Positions 11,101 to 23,900 of a stretch of DNA of 64,000 bases are shown here, one piece after another. The stretch comes from Amoebophrya sp. A120. Its lineage: Eukaryota; Protista; Dinoflagellata. The translations under genes and the position numbers were made by a program. The notes beneath the pieces were generated by a model, which saw only the letters and a program-made list of their open reading frames with translations, made no database searches and was not told where the DNA came from. Location: positions 8,392,882-8,456,881 of the forward strand of contig CAJINV010000004.1 in NCBI GenBank assembly GCA_905178155.1, in the 5' to 3' direction. The first letter of the stretch is position 1, and the number at the start of each line of letters is the position of its first letter.

Positions 11101-14100
11101 CTCGTATGCAATGCATACATGTCTGAGTTTGGGAATATTAGCACAAACATGCCAAGAACTTGCGATGATGATGAAGATCCTATCATGCTTACTAAAAACT
11201 CGTCATCATAACAAAACTGTCATGCCAGAACAGATGAACAGGCGCTTCGGCATTACTAGTCCTGCACAGAGGCTGTATGTCAGTGTGGTCATGTGCTGCG
11301 CATGCAGAGGCGCCCACCAGTACTCTGCAAACGTCGACACCTGGATCATTTTTGCTCCACTGGACAACTGTTTCCCCATAGTGCTCTTCGAGACGCAGAC
11401 ACATTTGCGATCTGTAATTCAATAAAGCCCTTTTCCCGCTTCACAAGCGCAACGTCAACTTATGCCTTGCTCAGCTGCAACTGGAACAACTGCAGGAGGA
11501 ACAATGTACTATTACAGCTTTATGCCTGAACCCTCTTTCCCCGAACAGCATGACCACCCGCGACCCAAAATTGGTCTTCGACGCTTTTGTGTCGTGCTCT
11601 GTTTTCCTGCTCGAGGACGAATCTCATGCGCACGTAGAGAAAGGCGCAGCCCACGGAGGCTTTTCGAAGCTTCAGGGAAGCGGGGTGCGCGAGCCTGACC
11701 CCGCAGGCACATAGTGCGGCAAATTGCGAAGCGGGGCCCTACTTTGTAAAACATAACAGATGCAGCATGCTCGGGACGAATCTTGCGTAAAAATGATTTT
11801 GCAAAGCAAGGAGGCTAGGGGCTAGCCCTGCAAAGCTCGGCCGTGCTATGTCTCCCTCCGCTCATTGCAGGGGCTAAGAAGCAGCATGCGTTCGCCCGTT
11901 GGATGTTGATCTTTCTCACGCGTACAATGCTAGCGCAGACAGGGTAAAAGAGAGAACAAAGCATCCTACGGTGCCCAAGGCCGCGAAGTCTTAAACTTTC
12001 ATTTACATCGGGGGCGAAAATCCGCGAACGCGAAGCTTCAAGATTTATAACTTCATATTGGACAGGAAGGGAAGGGGGCAGGTTGGTGGGGCGACAAGCA
12101 ATCGTCTCAACGATCGCCCGGCGCGGCAACCGGGGCGAAGGTGCGCAACACAGCCAAAGGAGAGAATCGCCCGCCAGGGCGTCTGCCCTGGCCGACGACC
12201 AGAACAAACCCTAGATCCTAACCCCGAAATCTGAACGGTGCTGAAGTTGAGACGTCGGGGTCAACGTTGGGGCGTTTTGTCTAAACGTCGAGACAAATGG
12301 GCGTAGTTGAGATTGAGTCTGAGGGAGGAGTACATTACAAGCTTTGTGCCGTGGGTAATTATTTCGTGTTACTTTCGATATCTTGATAGCTTCGAATATT
12401 CTATGTGCTAAAAATCACGAACATGACTGCGCATTCAATGATGATGTTCATCGTTATTCGGCATTGTCACAGCCCATTGTTCCAACCAACATTGATGATG
12501 CTCCAGCTCCAGGGCGTGCCGTACAACTTTCAGTCCGTTTAAGGATCCCACGTCAAAGTACACGCCCTTGTTATGCAAAGAAAAAAGTGCAGCTACAGCA
12601 ACAGCTGCACGTTGTGTTGCAGACCAAGCAACAGTGGCAAGCTCTGATGTCATACACAAAATGCTTTCGAGGAGCCTCGTTTCATACGTGTTTTTCCTTC
12701 TGGTCTCTGTATTGCATTTGCAAGTTTTATTCTTTCTCGCCATGCAGAGAAAATTTGTCCTCGTGTATGCTGAATCGACAACAAATGTGTCACTGTAAGA
12801 CTTTTTTCGTGGAATACAACTCGTTCACGCACCTCCAGTCTGGCCTTCGTAATCGCGTTTCCGGCAGCGGCGTGATATGAATTGCAAAAATGTCTGGGTC
12901 TGGAAGGTGCTGACACTTGTCATGCACGTTTTGCATGAGCCATGACGTCTGTGATGCATACCCTAGCAACACAGATTTTTTGAGGGCTTCTTGATGCCTA
13001 TTCCGCATGACAAATGCCTTCTCAGCGAAGCAAAAATTGCATTCCCTTTGCTACTCATGCAATACAGATTTTTTTGGAATCCACATGCCGCATCACAAGT
13101 TGCCATCTTCCAGACCCAGACATTTTTACATTTGATACGTGATGGGCAGGCATGTCCAATCTGGGTCTTCGCTCTCGATCATACGGAAAACAGCCACCAG
13201 TCCAAGATGTTTTTCAGAATAATATAAAATGCATTTGATTTTCGACGAGGACACGAAAAATAAGGCGTTCTTGTTCTTCCATGATCTGGAACGACAAATA
13301 TAAAGTGATCCTCTTGCCAGTACGTAGTTGTAGAGGCAGCTGCAGTGCGACCTCCAACTTGGGAGGTCGGGGGGCAGCACAGAAAAAAAAAACCTCCGCG
13401 CCACTACTGATTTCTATGGAGCTTTCCTTCTGCATCTAGCTGTTGTTCCACCCTTTCTTTAACTTTATAAGCTCATTAATTTTGTGGGACGTTCATCACC
13501 TCGCTCGACGTTGACACTCTGGTGGGCTAGCAAGCTTCCGTGTGATAATATTGAGAGGAAAAATCCCCCCCCTCCCCATATTGAAAACGCATTCGCCCGA
13601 AAATTTGTGACGCAGATTTGAGGGCACAAATCCTGTCTGTATTGCAAGAAGGCAAAGCCAGAGAGTCCGCCGCATTATGCAGGCGGTTTGTGATGCTGTT
13701 GGGCTTACAGAGCCGACATCTGTCACGCTGGCCCCCTACGTCAAAACCTCTCGACCCAGGCTTGGCATATGCCTGCAGTCCTCTCCAGCAAGACAGACCT
13801 GATTTGTGTACGCAAATCCAGCATCAGAAACTTCGTTTCGATATGGGGAGGGGGGATTTTTCCCTTTGATAGATAATGAGGTCTTGGACAGCAGCAGCAC
13901 TTGTAGCTTCGTGTCCGACTGCCACCAAGGCACGAGAGTCCTGGTCCCCCTGCACGGTTTGGCGTGGAGTTCCTGGGAAAACTTTGTTCTTCACCCACGT
14001 GAAGAGACCACCGACTCCTGCGCCCTTAGCGCGATTCCATAATGATGGTTGGCGATGATCCTGCACAGCGGGCGGTGCGGAAACTGGGGCTTGTTGAGGG

Positions 14101-14850
14101 CTTTGGGGCCCACTGTATGGAAGCGAAAAGGATCGTAATCGACAGAGTTGAAATGCTTCGTAATGCTATAAAATGGATGTGGATGCCAGTTCTTGGAAGC
14201 TCACTGTCACTTTATATTAAGCGGCGCGTGACAATAAATTTCCCGGCCATCGGAATCCAATTTACGTTGCTGTCTGGGCAAAAAAGAAGTGGTCCCTTGC
14301 CGTGCTACTTTAGTAGCTCTGTCTGCAACCCCAAACTAACACGCCTACAGTCGCCCTTACTTGCCTGCCCTGCGATACAGATATTTTGGGGGTTCTTGTA
14401 TTTCATGCATGACAAACTAATTGTTCAACTTTGTGGATTTCGATCACTGGTGCAGAGCGTTAACGAGGGGTCCAACCGTCCGCCAGTTTCAGTTTCCGCT
14501 TTCCATCATCACACAGAAAAAAGCTGGCACACCATATTCATACCCATACCAAACAGAGGATGAAAACCAAGCACAGAGGGCAGTATCATAAGCGAATCTT
14601 GAGCATCTGACTCAGACCCCCACGCAGCCTAAATTTTCCTTTTCATCCCTTTCGCTTTGGGTCGTGCATTCATTTTTCATTTACGCCGCACAACATGGCA
14701 TGCTAGCTTTTTTGTTCTAGGATAGCGATTCCTTCCGAACGGCCTGGACTTGGAGGACCGAAAATTCTCCTCGTGACACGAGCCCGGGAGGAGTCACGTG
14801 TAGTAAAGTTGAAAAAATCTCCCCCACTGGCGCCCCTACGGGTTTACTAT
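5129..14850 (-). CDS. Hypothetical protein, paralog A (motifs DWTCLPI, YRKRIAVY, MSQGRIGFFIFG, IVDHMHVL, EIAATPSYILEGRT); both ends uncertain
   Basis: Exons align in order with paralog B (about 21000-24680) after removing 11 introners and a GT-AG intron at 6202-6530; region 13215-13500 not resolved. Confidence 0.65.
5763..6086. mobile_element. Degenerate introner family C
   Basis: Left end TTTCCTCGGTAAAAACG, right end ATTTTTAGTCAGGATA; interior resembles 57782-58098; removal restores EPDGA|APQV. Confidence 0.7.
7185..8423. mobile_element. Large introner (1239 bp) with internal repeats
   Basis: 25-bp TIR TATCCCA(A/C)(A/G)GA(A/G)AAAGA(C/A)AGGCAGG; flanks gtctc/gtatc; removal gives AVYKDD|TPVYVIEAD, matching paralog B. 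Confidence 0.85.
8505..9198. mobile_element. Introner (family-A type) with nested insert at about 8684-9114
   Basis: TATGCATTGCAAATAT at both ends; outer parts resemble 28572-28835 reversed; TSD decayed but frame restored. Confidence 0.75.
9254..10882. mobile_element. Large introner (1629 bp) containing a duplicated right end and a 1087-bp insert
   Basis: TIR TATCAAAGGCAAGCAGTTTCGC vs TATCAAACGCAGGTAGATTTCGC; removal gives AVVR|NAAMALGVK. Confidence 0.7.
11105..11416. mobile_element. Degenerate introner family A
   Basis: Left end TATGCAATGCATACATGTCTGAGTTTGGG; removal gives GFIE|KPFLDFVRNT vs paralog GIIERPLLEFIRNT. Confidence 0.75.
11461..12523. mobile_element. Large degenerate introner (1063 bp) with nested repeat
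   Basis: Perfect TSD caact; weak TIR; removal gives GLKV|DVALVKRE vs paralog KLTVDVVIAERD. Confidence 0.75.
12572..12816. mobile_element. Degenerate introner family D
   Basis: Interior similar to 53340-53549; TSD decayed, frame restored. Confidence 0.7.
12876..13137. mobile_element. Introner family A (262 bp)
   Basis: Perfect TSD cgtga; removal gives CLPIT|PLPETR. Confidence 0.9.
13549..13871. mobile_element. Introner family E' (323 bp)
   Basis: TIR containing AAAAATCCCCCC(C)TCCCCATAT; perfect TSD gataa; related to 56105-56427. Confidence 0.9.
14116..14444. mobile_element. Degenerate introner
   Basis: Left end TATGGAAGCGAAA; TSD cactg; frame restored; right TIR poor. Confidence 0.55.
14507..14724. 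mobile_element. Old introner shared with paralogous site 24329-24564
   Basis: CATCACACAGAAAAAAGC...GCTTTTTTGTTCTAGGATA; flanks tccat/gcgat. Confidence 0.6.
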
Positions 14851-15627
14851 TCTCAAAGCACAAACAAGAAATGCAAAAAATCTCCTTACTAGTAATACAG
14901 GAAATTATAGTACAGTTTCAGTTTGAAATGTAAATCAAACAACGGCCATGAATTAGTATGTTTATAGTACTGGGTTTTTGCGCCGTTTGTTTTCCGCTTT
15001 TGTTCGCGGTGTTCTATACAGCGGCCACGGAACTGCTGCTGATGCTCTTGATGCAAAACAATCGGATACCACGTAGCTGAAAGTTCTTCCCGGCCTCGAG
15101 AGGGAGAGACTTACTTTTCACCGAATAAGCCGTGCGCGACCAGGACCAACTTGAGCGCCTTGACGGCAAGCTTCATCCTGATTTTATAATTTCCGGCGAA
15201 ATTTTTTCTCCACCCGGTCGCGCGGGTTCTTCGACAGGTCCAGTGTGCGTCTTCGTCTCTGTAGTTCTTCTCCTTTCGCACGTCGGTTGTAAATGTTCAC
15301 TCTATCTTCCACCGGTGTGGCACCGGTCGGTCTGTTGCAGAGTAGTTCGATATATATGCTTTCTGAATGTTGGAAAGGTTATGTCTAGACATTGTTGACA
15401 GCGAAAGAAGAAAAACCTCTTTTTCTCTCGGAACAAGGCATTCGTTACGTTGCTTTTTACTCAGAAACATATACACTCTCAGTTGTGATATTGCATCGAA
15501 TGACGCAAAAGTTTATCCCTACTTCTCAATATACCTTTTCTACTTCGGCGTCCTCGCTGTCCCCCCCGGTTTGGTGGATGAAGTAGCGCAGCTTCTGCAA
15601 GATTTTTTGTCCTCCCGGTGTGGCCTC

Positions 15628-16007
15628 TATCAACCGCAAAGAACTACCTCCCGACCGCTCTGGGTCTGGAAAGGCAAAGGAGTTGAATAATGGCAGAAAG
15701 CTCCTGCTGCATGAATCATGCAGTAGGCACGAGTTTTTGCGCTTGTCGGCAATTGCGTAGGTAGGTGCTACTTCTATTGGAAAGTAAAATTCTAATCCCT
15801 ATCCCAAAGGGAAGGTTGAAGATCAGCGCTGTAAGTAGCAGAGCTACGTGAAAACAATAAAATCCTACGAAACACTTTCGTTCACACCGAACGTGGTAGA
15901 ATCATGCCTCAAAATTTCTTTTAGGCTCAGGCAAAGGAAATAAGAACGTTCCAACTTTAGCTTCCAGACACAGAGGTGGTCGCGATCGAATTTATTTTCA
16001 TATGATA
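15628..16007. mobile_element. Old introner shared with 27214-27498
   Basis: TATCAACCGCAAA...CTTCCAGACACAGA...CATATGATA at the same position in both paralogs. Confidence 0.6.
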
Positions 16008-16061
16008 GCAGGTTCGTATCGCGTGGACGTGCTTGAGAAGCTGTGCTAGAATCGCATGTGC

Positions 16062-16323
16062 TATCAAATGTAAAAGTTTCTGGGTCTGGAAGATTCTGAG
16101 ACTTGTCATGCACGGTTTGCATGAGCCATGATGTCTGTGATGCATGCCCTAGCATCACAGATTTTTTGAGAGCTTCTTGATGCCTATTCCGCATGACAAA
16201 TGCCCTCTCCGCGTAGCAAAAGTTGCATTCTCTTTGGTACTCATGCAATACAGATTTTTTTGGAATCCAAATGCAGCATCACAAGTTGCATTCTTCCAGA
16301 CCCAGACATTTTTACATTTGATA
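16062..16323. mobile_element. Introner family A (262 bp), no matching TSD
   Basis: Near-perfect TIRs; highly similar to 12876-13137. Confidence 0.85.
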
Positions 16324-16404
16324 GACGCCGACTTGATCTTTCTTCTCGTGCTGGTTCTCGGGGTGGCCGGTCGTCCTGGACGTCTTTGGTCTTTGTTCCT
16401 CGCT

Positions 16405-16656
16405 TATTAAATGTAAAAATGTCTGGGTCTGGAAGAATGCAGGTTTGTCATGCTTGTCTGGCATAACTCTGAAATCTGTCATGCACGTCACCCAAGAGCT
16501 CCGCTTTTCTGTGATGCAGAAGCGCAGTTTGTCATGCAGAATAGGCAACACCTAGAAGCCCAGAAACTTGTCATGCTGAGCCAGCATTTGTGGCCTCATC
16601 ATGAGACGCCACCCAGCATCACAAGTTTCCAGACCCAGACATTTTTACATTTGATA
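16405..16656. mobile_element. Introner family A2 (252 bp) between two copies of an ~80-bp unit
   Basis: Highly similar to 22902-23153. Confidence 0.85.
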
Positions 16657-19579
16657 GACGTCGACTTGATCTTTCTTCTCGTGCTGGTTCTCGGGGCTGC
16701 CGATCGTCCTGGACGTCTTTGCCTTTGCCTCTCGCTGTGTTCGGTCCTTGGACACTTCGTCGAGAGGGTAATTCTATTCCGCGACGTCGAACAGGAAAGT
16801 CGTGAGCAGGCCTTTATTTTGTAGTAAAGTGAAAGTACTATAGTGCAAGAGCGCTTTCAAAAATATTCTTGGTGATGGCGCCTGATCAACATTGTTAGAA
16901 GCGCATAAAGAACTTCTGCCCCGGCTAACTTTGCACACGAACAAGATTTAGCAGATACACAGCTAAAACGACGTCAAGGTAATTGATTCTAGGAGCGTCT
17001 GTAGCTTCATTTCCGGAGAAGAACGATGATTTACGCCGTACCTAAGTATCAAACAAAAAAGTAAAATTTTAGTTTTCTGTTTCAAAAAACTACTCTTACA
17101 CTTCCATACACACTAATGAAGAGAGAGAAGGGGATAAGACGTAATCAGTCCCTGGGAAAGGAATTTATTATGTGGTAGAACTACAAGTACAAGAGGACTT
17201 TATGTAGTTACTACCCTTCTTGCCCCTAGCAACCGAGAACGTCTACTTCGGTGCTACGCGAGTCTCTTTCACGACCAAGAGAAACTTCTAAGACCGACGA
17301 GGGAAAAATATTATACCAACATGTTCATCATGGCCGACCGACCGAAGCGCTTCTTTGTACACGGTACTTGTTCACGACAAAGTGGAGGTGGCAAGGGCGT
17401 AACGACACGACAATGTCATCGCACGTACCGACGCACAGCACGCTATGCTACTCTCGCACGAGGACACCGATCAATTTCAATCGCATTTTTCGCAACAACT
17501 AAAGTAAGTAGTATCCGAGGAAACATAGGTCGTGTATAAACATTGGGTGCGCTTGCACAAAAACGCCGTGAGCCCAAAAATGCCCAGGTGCAGGACACGT
17601 ACGACATAGAACCGAAGCGAAGAACTCAGTGGAGAAATATATCCAAACCGACTTTCAAGAAGTACGCGGCTGGAAATTATTTCTCAGAAAACCGATCATG
17701 CTGTAATTTGGGAAGAGATGAAGTTGGCCGACTGATAGAACAATCCTCTCGGGATTATTGATTCCAACGTAAAATAAGCTGCATAGGGAACTCAAGCCAA
17801 ATTCGCAGAGAATTATAGAAGTCCGTAGCTTCCTCACGCTTCTTTCGCGACACCGGAAGCAAAAGCGCCAAGAAAGACGCTGGCGCAGAAGTGGCGGACT
17901 TCATGAGAACCACGCGCGGACTTCACCGAGCTTTTTTCGCAGGACTGCTCAACGCAGTCAAGAGCTGGCACCCTATCTGCTGCGGGGCTCAATTGATTGC
18001 AAACCCCTTCGCGGGTCTCGTGAGTGGAAGCCTTTACCTCTAGCCACGCAGCATGACGGGTGTGTTCTTAGTCCAACACCAACCGACGGCCCACATCGAA
18101 TAAATATAAAAGCTCATGATTTATATTTTTCATTAGTTCCCGTAAAGACCTGAATGCAGCGTCAGGCCTGCCTTCCTGCGTCGAAACAAATTTGTAAGAA
18201 CGCATATCCGACAAAAACGAAATGATATAGTACTGCTATGTAAAAATATACGTAGACGCAACTTGAGTTTTACGCTCGGACATGTCGCGATTTTGTGCGT
18301 AGATCTGTGTCCTCGTTGTTCCTGCAGCCATTTTCAATCGTGACGTCAGGAGCCTTCTCCCCCCCGTGGTCCCCTTTTTGTTTTGGGGCCGCGCCGATGC
18401 ATTTCGTTGACAATTAGAATTACTAGTACACCGAGCAGGTGTTGTTAAACGTCGGGATAAAAAAAAACATAAATTCGTTGTGAAGTAGAAATAAAAAACT
18501 TGTACGAACTTGAACATGATATTGTTGTTGTATTTCACTTTCGCCAAGACCCACTCAAACCTCATATAAAACATTTTCATCAATTGCACTAGCAATGGTT
18601 GTATCGTGCGCCTGTCGGCAATTGAGAAATCCTTGAAAGACAAAGATATCGTACAGTGCGTGCTAGTAAACGAAATTCAAAAAGGAAAATACACTCATTA
18701 GCATCAAAAAGCACAAGCACAACGGCCACGACATCTTGGTGATGGAATAAAAACATGAAAAATAATCAAGTAAAATGTATTGTAGAAGATGCATTTTAGC
18801 ATTTTCATTTCATCAGATTGAAAGCAGCAAGAAATAAACTTGCACGAACACTACTTCGGCGGCCACAATCTCGTCCTCGTGCTCACCGCCGGCCCCTCTC
18901 GCGGCGTCCTACACCGGCTGATTCGCCCCGTCGGCGCGGTCTGCGAGTAAGTATGTATATGCGTTTTTTTTTTCGATCGTTTCTTCCTTGCATGCAAAAG
19001 AGCCCAAGTGGCGACACCACTAAGAAAAATAGATTTGCAATGGCTGGTGCTTAACGGGGGCAAGAGACAACCATTCTCATCGTAAGTTGTAATAAAGGGT
19101 GATAGCTGCAAAGCCAAAGGTAAAGGAAAAAGAGAAACAATAGCAAAGCATTGATAATTAATACCATCTCCCGCCGGCTTGTTTTCCTCGCCCGCCGGGT
19201 TGTTTTTTCCGTCCGGCTCCGGCGTGCGGCGCTGCAGAAAGCTTCGAGAATATCCTGTTGGAAAGCGCCCCTAGTACTACCACAGAACTACTTAGAAGGA
19301 GCAGTAGCAATTGCATTGCAAAGTGGCCTCATCTCGCTAATGGAGACATTCCTGATCTTGCACCTGCGTCTAAAACATTTTCTTGAGGCAGGCTAACGAA
19401 ATTCTGTGTTGCCAGCAACGCAGTGTGGTTCTGTATCAACAAGACTCATCGACGTGCTCTCCTGCATAGCTCTAAGAGTTTCGCTTTTCGAAACCTGAAA
19501 TGCACGACCAGAAACTATACGTAAGTGTATACATTTACATCCTGTAGTTCAGCATTACATGCGGGGGGACTTTTCAATT

Positions 19580-20410
19580 TCATAAAGAACGTGACGGCAC
19601 CACGACGACGGGCTCCGCCGGCGGAACGACGACCGGAGCAGTGGTATCAACTGCAAATATGTCTGGGTCTGGAAGGATGCGAACTTGTGATGCTGCAGCT
19701 GGATTCTACAAAAATCTGTATTGCATGAACAGCAAAAGCGGTTCAGTTTTATTTTCCATTGCGAGAGGACATTTCTCATGCGGTATAGGCATCAGAAAGC
19801 CCTCACAAAATCTGTGATGCTAGGGCATGCATCAGAGAGGACATCAGGACTCATGCAAAATGTGCATGACAAACCTTGCATCCTTGCAGAATACCCAGAC
19901 ACTTTCACATTTGATAAGTGGTTTGCCGCTGCAGAAAGCTCCGCGGGCGAGACGGCACGACGACAGGCGGCGGCGCAGCGGGAGCAGGGGGAGGCGCGCT
20001 CGCGTCGAGGGGTGGGTCGCCAGAACGTTTTTCGCTCACGTCGTTCGCGCTGATAAGGTCCTTCTCGTCTTCCTCCGCTTGTTCAGTCGCGCCGCGTTCC
20101 AGAAAGTCAGGTTGCGTGGTCTCAACATCCCGCGGCAAAACTGCGGCATTCGTGACAGGACCTTCTTGTTCGCCAGCGGCCTCCACTGCAGGATCCGCGG
20201 TCGTGTCCTGTTCGGGTAGGCCGGGAGGGGTGCTGTCGCGGCTCAGCGTTTCCGCGATGTTGTCCCCGTCCGATTCAACGATGAAGGAGTTTCCAACCGG
20301 CGGTGTGACGGCGTCGTCAGACGCAGTGGCGGTCGGAGTAGAAAGGAAGGAGGACAGGGACAGTTTTGTCGAGGAACCACCACCGCTGGCGTCGGCGGTT
20401 TTTGTCTCGT
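19580..20410 (-). CDS. Pro/Val-rich hypothetical protein segment, copy 2; 5' end unresolved
   Basis: Removing 19645-19916 gives FLQRQT|TAPVVVPP, as in the uninterrupted copy 1. Confidence 0.55.
19645..19916. mobile_element. Introner family A (272 bp)
   Basis: Perfect TSD agtgg; empty paralogous site at about 3903. Confidence 0.9.
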
Positions 20411-20999
20411 GGTCTCATGATCATGAAATCATCCCCGATGCCCTGTAACTGATCCACATACAGACAGAGGAGAAACTTCTACGCCCAACAGCTTGAGACG
20501 TTGAGGGTCGTCTCGAGTGCAGAAAGGCCTGCTGTGGCCACAGAGTTCTCCGCGCACTGGTACAGGTACAGCAAGTCGAAATATGATTTATACTTTTTTG
20601 AAAAACGACTTTGATTGCAGTCTTGCAACTTTTTTTTGGTTGCAGCTTTGCAAAACTACGTATCTCGAGTTTCACAAAATGGACTACTTGGAACCCGAAT
20701 CAAAAGACTAATATGCTTAGAAGGCATTTCGATTTTCGCTTATTTACCACTGAAGCTCATCAGGAACAGGGGCTACGGGACTAAATTTTCGCTGTGATAC
20801 GTCTATTACCTCCTCCGCCAGTTCGGTGAGTGCCTTTCCAGCAGCCGGGTCAACCGCTGTCAGTGTCAGTTGGAAATTTTCTCCCACCCCGCGGTGAAAA
20901 CTTTTGTTCCGGGTGCTTGTACTGTTTCATGCAGGGTCAGATGCAACTGCTTTTAATATATTCAACGAACTCAGAATCAATCACTACAGGAGCTGATAA

Positions 21000-23900
21000 A
21001 CATCACAGCAGCTCCTCCTGCGAGGACGTAGACAAGGGAAACCACTGTCGTCCTGCAAGCGCGTCGTTTGGCGCGCTGCAGCGTGTAGTGCGACCGAGCA
21101 CTCGATTGCACTTTTATGTTTATGTATGCCTATGCGCAGCAGTATAACCAATTACACAAGGAGCGATGCGGTGTGAGAAAAGGCTTTTCTTGATGATACA
21201 CACCGTGTCCCGTTTGGGGAGGCCCAAATCTGCTTCATCTTCCGGCCTACACGAGTGCGTGTATGGAAGTGGCTTCATTTTTGCCCAAACGCGTCGGAAA
21301 AAATTCACGATGCCCGCTTGCCCGGACTTCTTCTTTCGTGAATTCGTCTTGTCCCAGACGGTTACCAGATTGATTGCGGCCTTGGTATGTTCTTCCAGCG
21401 TGTTTTGCGGAAAATTTTTTATTTTTACAAGGAGACCTGGGACAGGTTCTTGGCCTTGTTTTGTTTCCGGCAGGGACTTTGCATCGGCGCCAGCTTTGTC
21501 ATCCGTCATGGGATATCAACTGTAAAAGTGTCTGGGTCTGGAAGAGTCATGCTGTTTCTGCATGACACAGAAGGTCTGGCATGGAAGCTCTAGCATCACA
21601 GGTCTCGAGAAGCTTTCGCAATGCCGAACCCGCATGACAAATCCCACATTTTGGTGACAGAAAGTGAGTAGCTTTTGCTACCTATGCATGAGAGATTTTC
21701 GCGTGTTCTGAAATGCGCATCACAGGTTACATCCTTCCAGACCCAGACATTTTTGCAGTTGATATGGGACCCACCTCCGGAAAGTCGCGGCCCTGAAAGA
21801 CTGCAACCACATTTGCCTCATCGCTCAGGATATCAAATGTAAAAATGTCTGGGTCTGGAAGATTCTGAGATTTGTCATGCATATTTCGGATCACGCAAGT
21901 GGCGTCTGATGCAGGCAAAAGCATCACAGGTTTTGAGCACGCCTCATGATGCCTGTCCCGCATGAGAAACTTCCTACTTGCGTGCCAAGAAATGGACAGC
22001 TTTTGGCGCTCATGCAGCACAAATTTTTGTGTGTTCCAAAGTTTGCATCACAAGTTCCAACCCTTCCAGACCCAGACATTTTTGCATTTGGTACAGGAGT
22101 TTTGTAAGACGTGTGCGTAGCCAGGAGGTTTGTCGCAACGTTCTCCTTGTTTCGTCTAGCACTTTTTGGGCTTGATCGTCCTCCGGCCCGTTGCTTGATA
22201 CAGGAACCACACCTGAGTCCTCGTCCGGTGATACGTAGCGAACGAGCGCTCCATTCGTCCTTCCTTCAAGAATGTAACTGGGTGTGGCTGCGATTTCCTT
22301 TACGATAAGTCGCTCGCTTTGAGGTTTCGGCGCGTTGATGATGTCAGCGATGTCAACTTCTTCGTCAGCACGTTCTTTTTCGGGTTCTTGCTTTTGCTCC
22401 TCTTCCCGCATCGTGATCTTGTACAGCGAATAGACTTCCAAGTTCGTGAACACCTCCTTCGTTGCATACCAGACGGGCAACATGACTGGCACCCCAGTAC
22501 AACCGCCGGCGCCTCGTGCTTTTTGGTATTTTAAGTTTTCCCCTTCGCAATGCGCCAAAACGTGCATGTGGTCAACCATACTGCCCTCCCATGCGGGCCG
22601 CGTAACTTGTTCGTCAGCATTGCCGAAAATGAAAAACCCGATCCGCCCCTGGCTCATTTTGCTGTTGTCCGCTTCAATCACGTGGACTGGGACACCGTCG
22701 TTGTAAACGGCGATCCGCTTTCTGTATGTCCCGCTTTCAGATCCCAGTGTTTTGTCCAGATTTTTCTGCCCGACTTTGACGGCGATCCTCGTTCCCGTGG
22801 TTTTGACCAGATTACGTAGCCCCGTGTTTGCCGCCGTCGTGGCAAGAGCGGCAAGAGGTGCGAAGGGAAACACGGCAGTGCCGATCAGGGCGCCAACGCT
22901 ATATCAAATGTAAAAATGTCTGGGTCTGGAAGAATTCACGTTTGTCATGCTTGTCTGGCATGACTCTTAAATCTGTCATGCAGGTTACCCAAGAGCTCCG
23001 TTTTTCTGTGATGCAGAAGCGCAGTTTGTCATGCAGAATAGGCAATACCTAGGAGCTCAGAAACTTGTCATGCTGGAGCAGCATTTGTAGCCTCATCATG
23101 AGACGCCACCCAGCATCACAAGTTTCCAGATCCAGACATTTTTACTTTTGATACGCTAATGGCGGGAACAACAACGTGGGCGGCCGACGCGATGCCAACG
23201 TTAACAGCAGCCGGCAGAGTATCAAAGAAAAAAAGTTCGTCACGATCACTCATGCGCATTCTTGCAATACAAAATTGTTTGTCATGCGTAAAAATGCATC
23301 ACAGCCAAACTTCGTTAGGGATTTCCCTAGTGTTTCTGCAATACAAGAAAAGTTTGTGATGCTGAGAAGATTTGTAATGCAAAACCTGCAAGTTAGTGAC
23401 TGTGACAAACTTTTTTCTCTCCATACAGAGCGGTGTTTCGTATGAACTCGAGCAACGGCCTTTCAATAATGCCCGTGTCCCGCTCTGCAATCACGACGTC
23501 AACTGTCAGCTTGTTCCTGGATCCCACTTTAAGGTAGTTGCCCTCGTTCACGCGCGTCCAGTCTTTCTTCCGCATTCTCGTTATGTATTGCAAAAATATC
23601 TGGGTCTGGAAAGCTGGAACTTGTGATGCTACTTTTGGACTCTACATAAAATCTGTATTGCATGAACAGCATAAGAGGCGCAATTTGTGCTACGCGGAGA
23701 GGGCATTTCTCATGCGGTATGAGCATCAGAAAGCCCTCGCAGAGTCTCTGATGCTAGGGCATGCATCACAGACCTCATGGGTCCTGGAAAATCTGCATGA
23801 CAAGCTTCTGCATTCTTCCAGACCCAGACATATTTGCATTTGATACTCGTCGAAGGAAGAGGCTCGATGGGGAGGCAGGTCCAATCTTCGTGTGTGCTGA

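Larger units (their letters stand above)
15300..16800 (-). pseudogene. Partial duplicate of the 26506-29532 gene
   Basis: Homologous to about 26880-27830 only; has indels relative to the paralog; no N-terminal exon seen. Confidence 0.5.
2200..17900. repeat. Segmental duplication copy 1 (paralogous to about 18150-28000, partly rearranged)
   Basis: Matching blocks, e.g. 3830-5350 vs 19560-21010; 14480-15250 vs 24300-25400; 15310-16700 vs 26880-27830; 17130-17890 vs 25600-26290; boundaries approximate. Confidence 0.8.

Noticed and set aside
380-13137. 4-bp repeat plus a 1-nt spacer tied to element orientation
   Set aside because: Most intact copies have perfect 5-bp repeats; the apparent spacer is a mutated TSD position.
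16062-23845. CRISPR-like repeat/spacer pattern
   Set aside because: Repeats are inverted pairs bounding homologous interiors at irregular spacing in eukaryotic genes; no cas genes.
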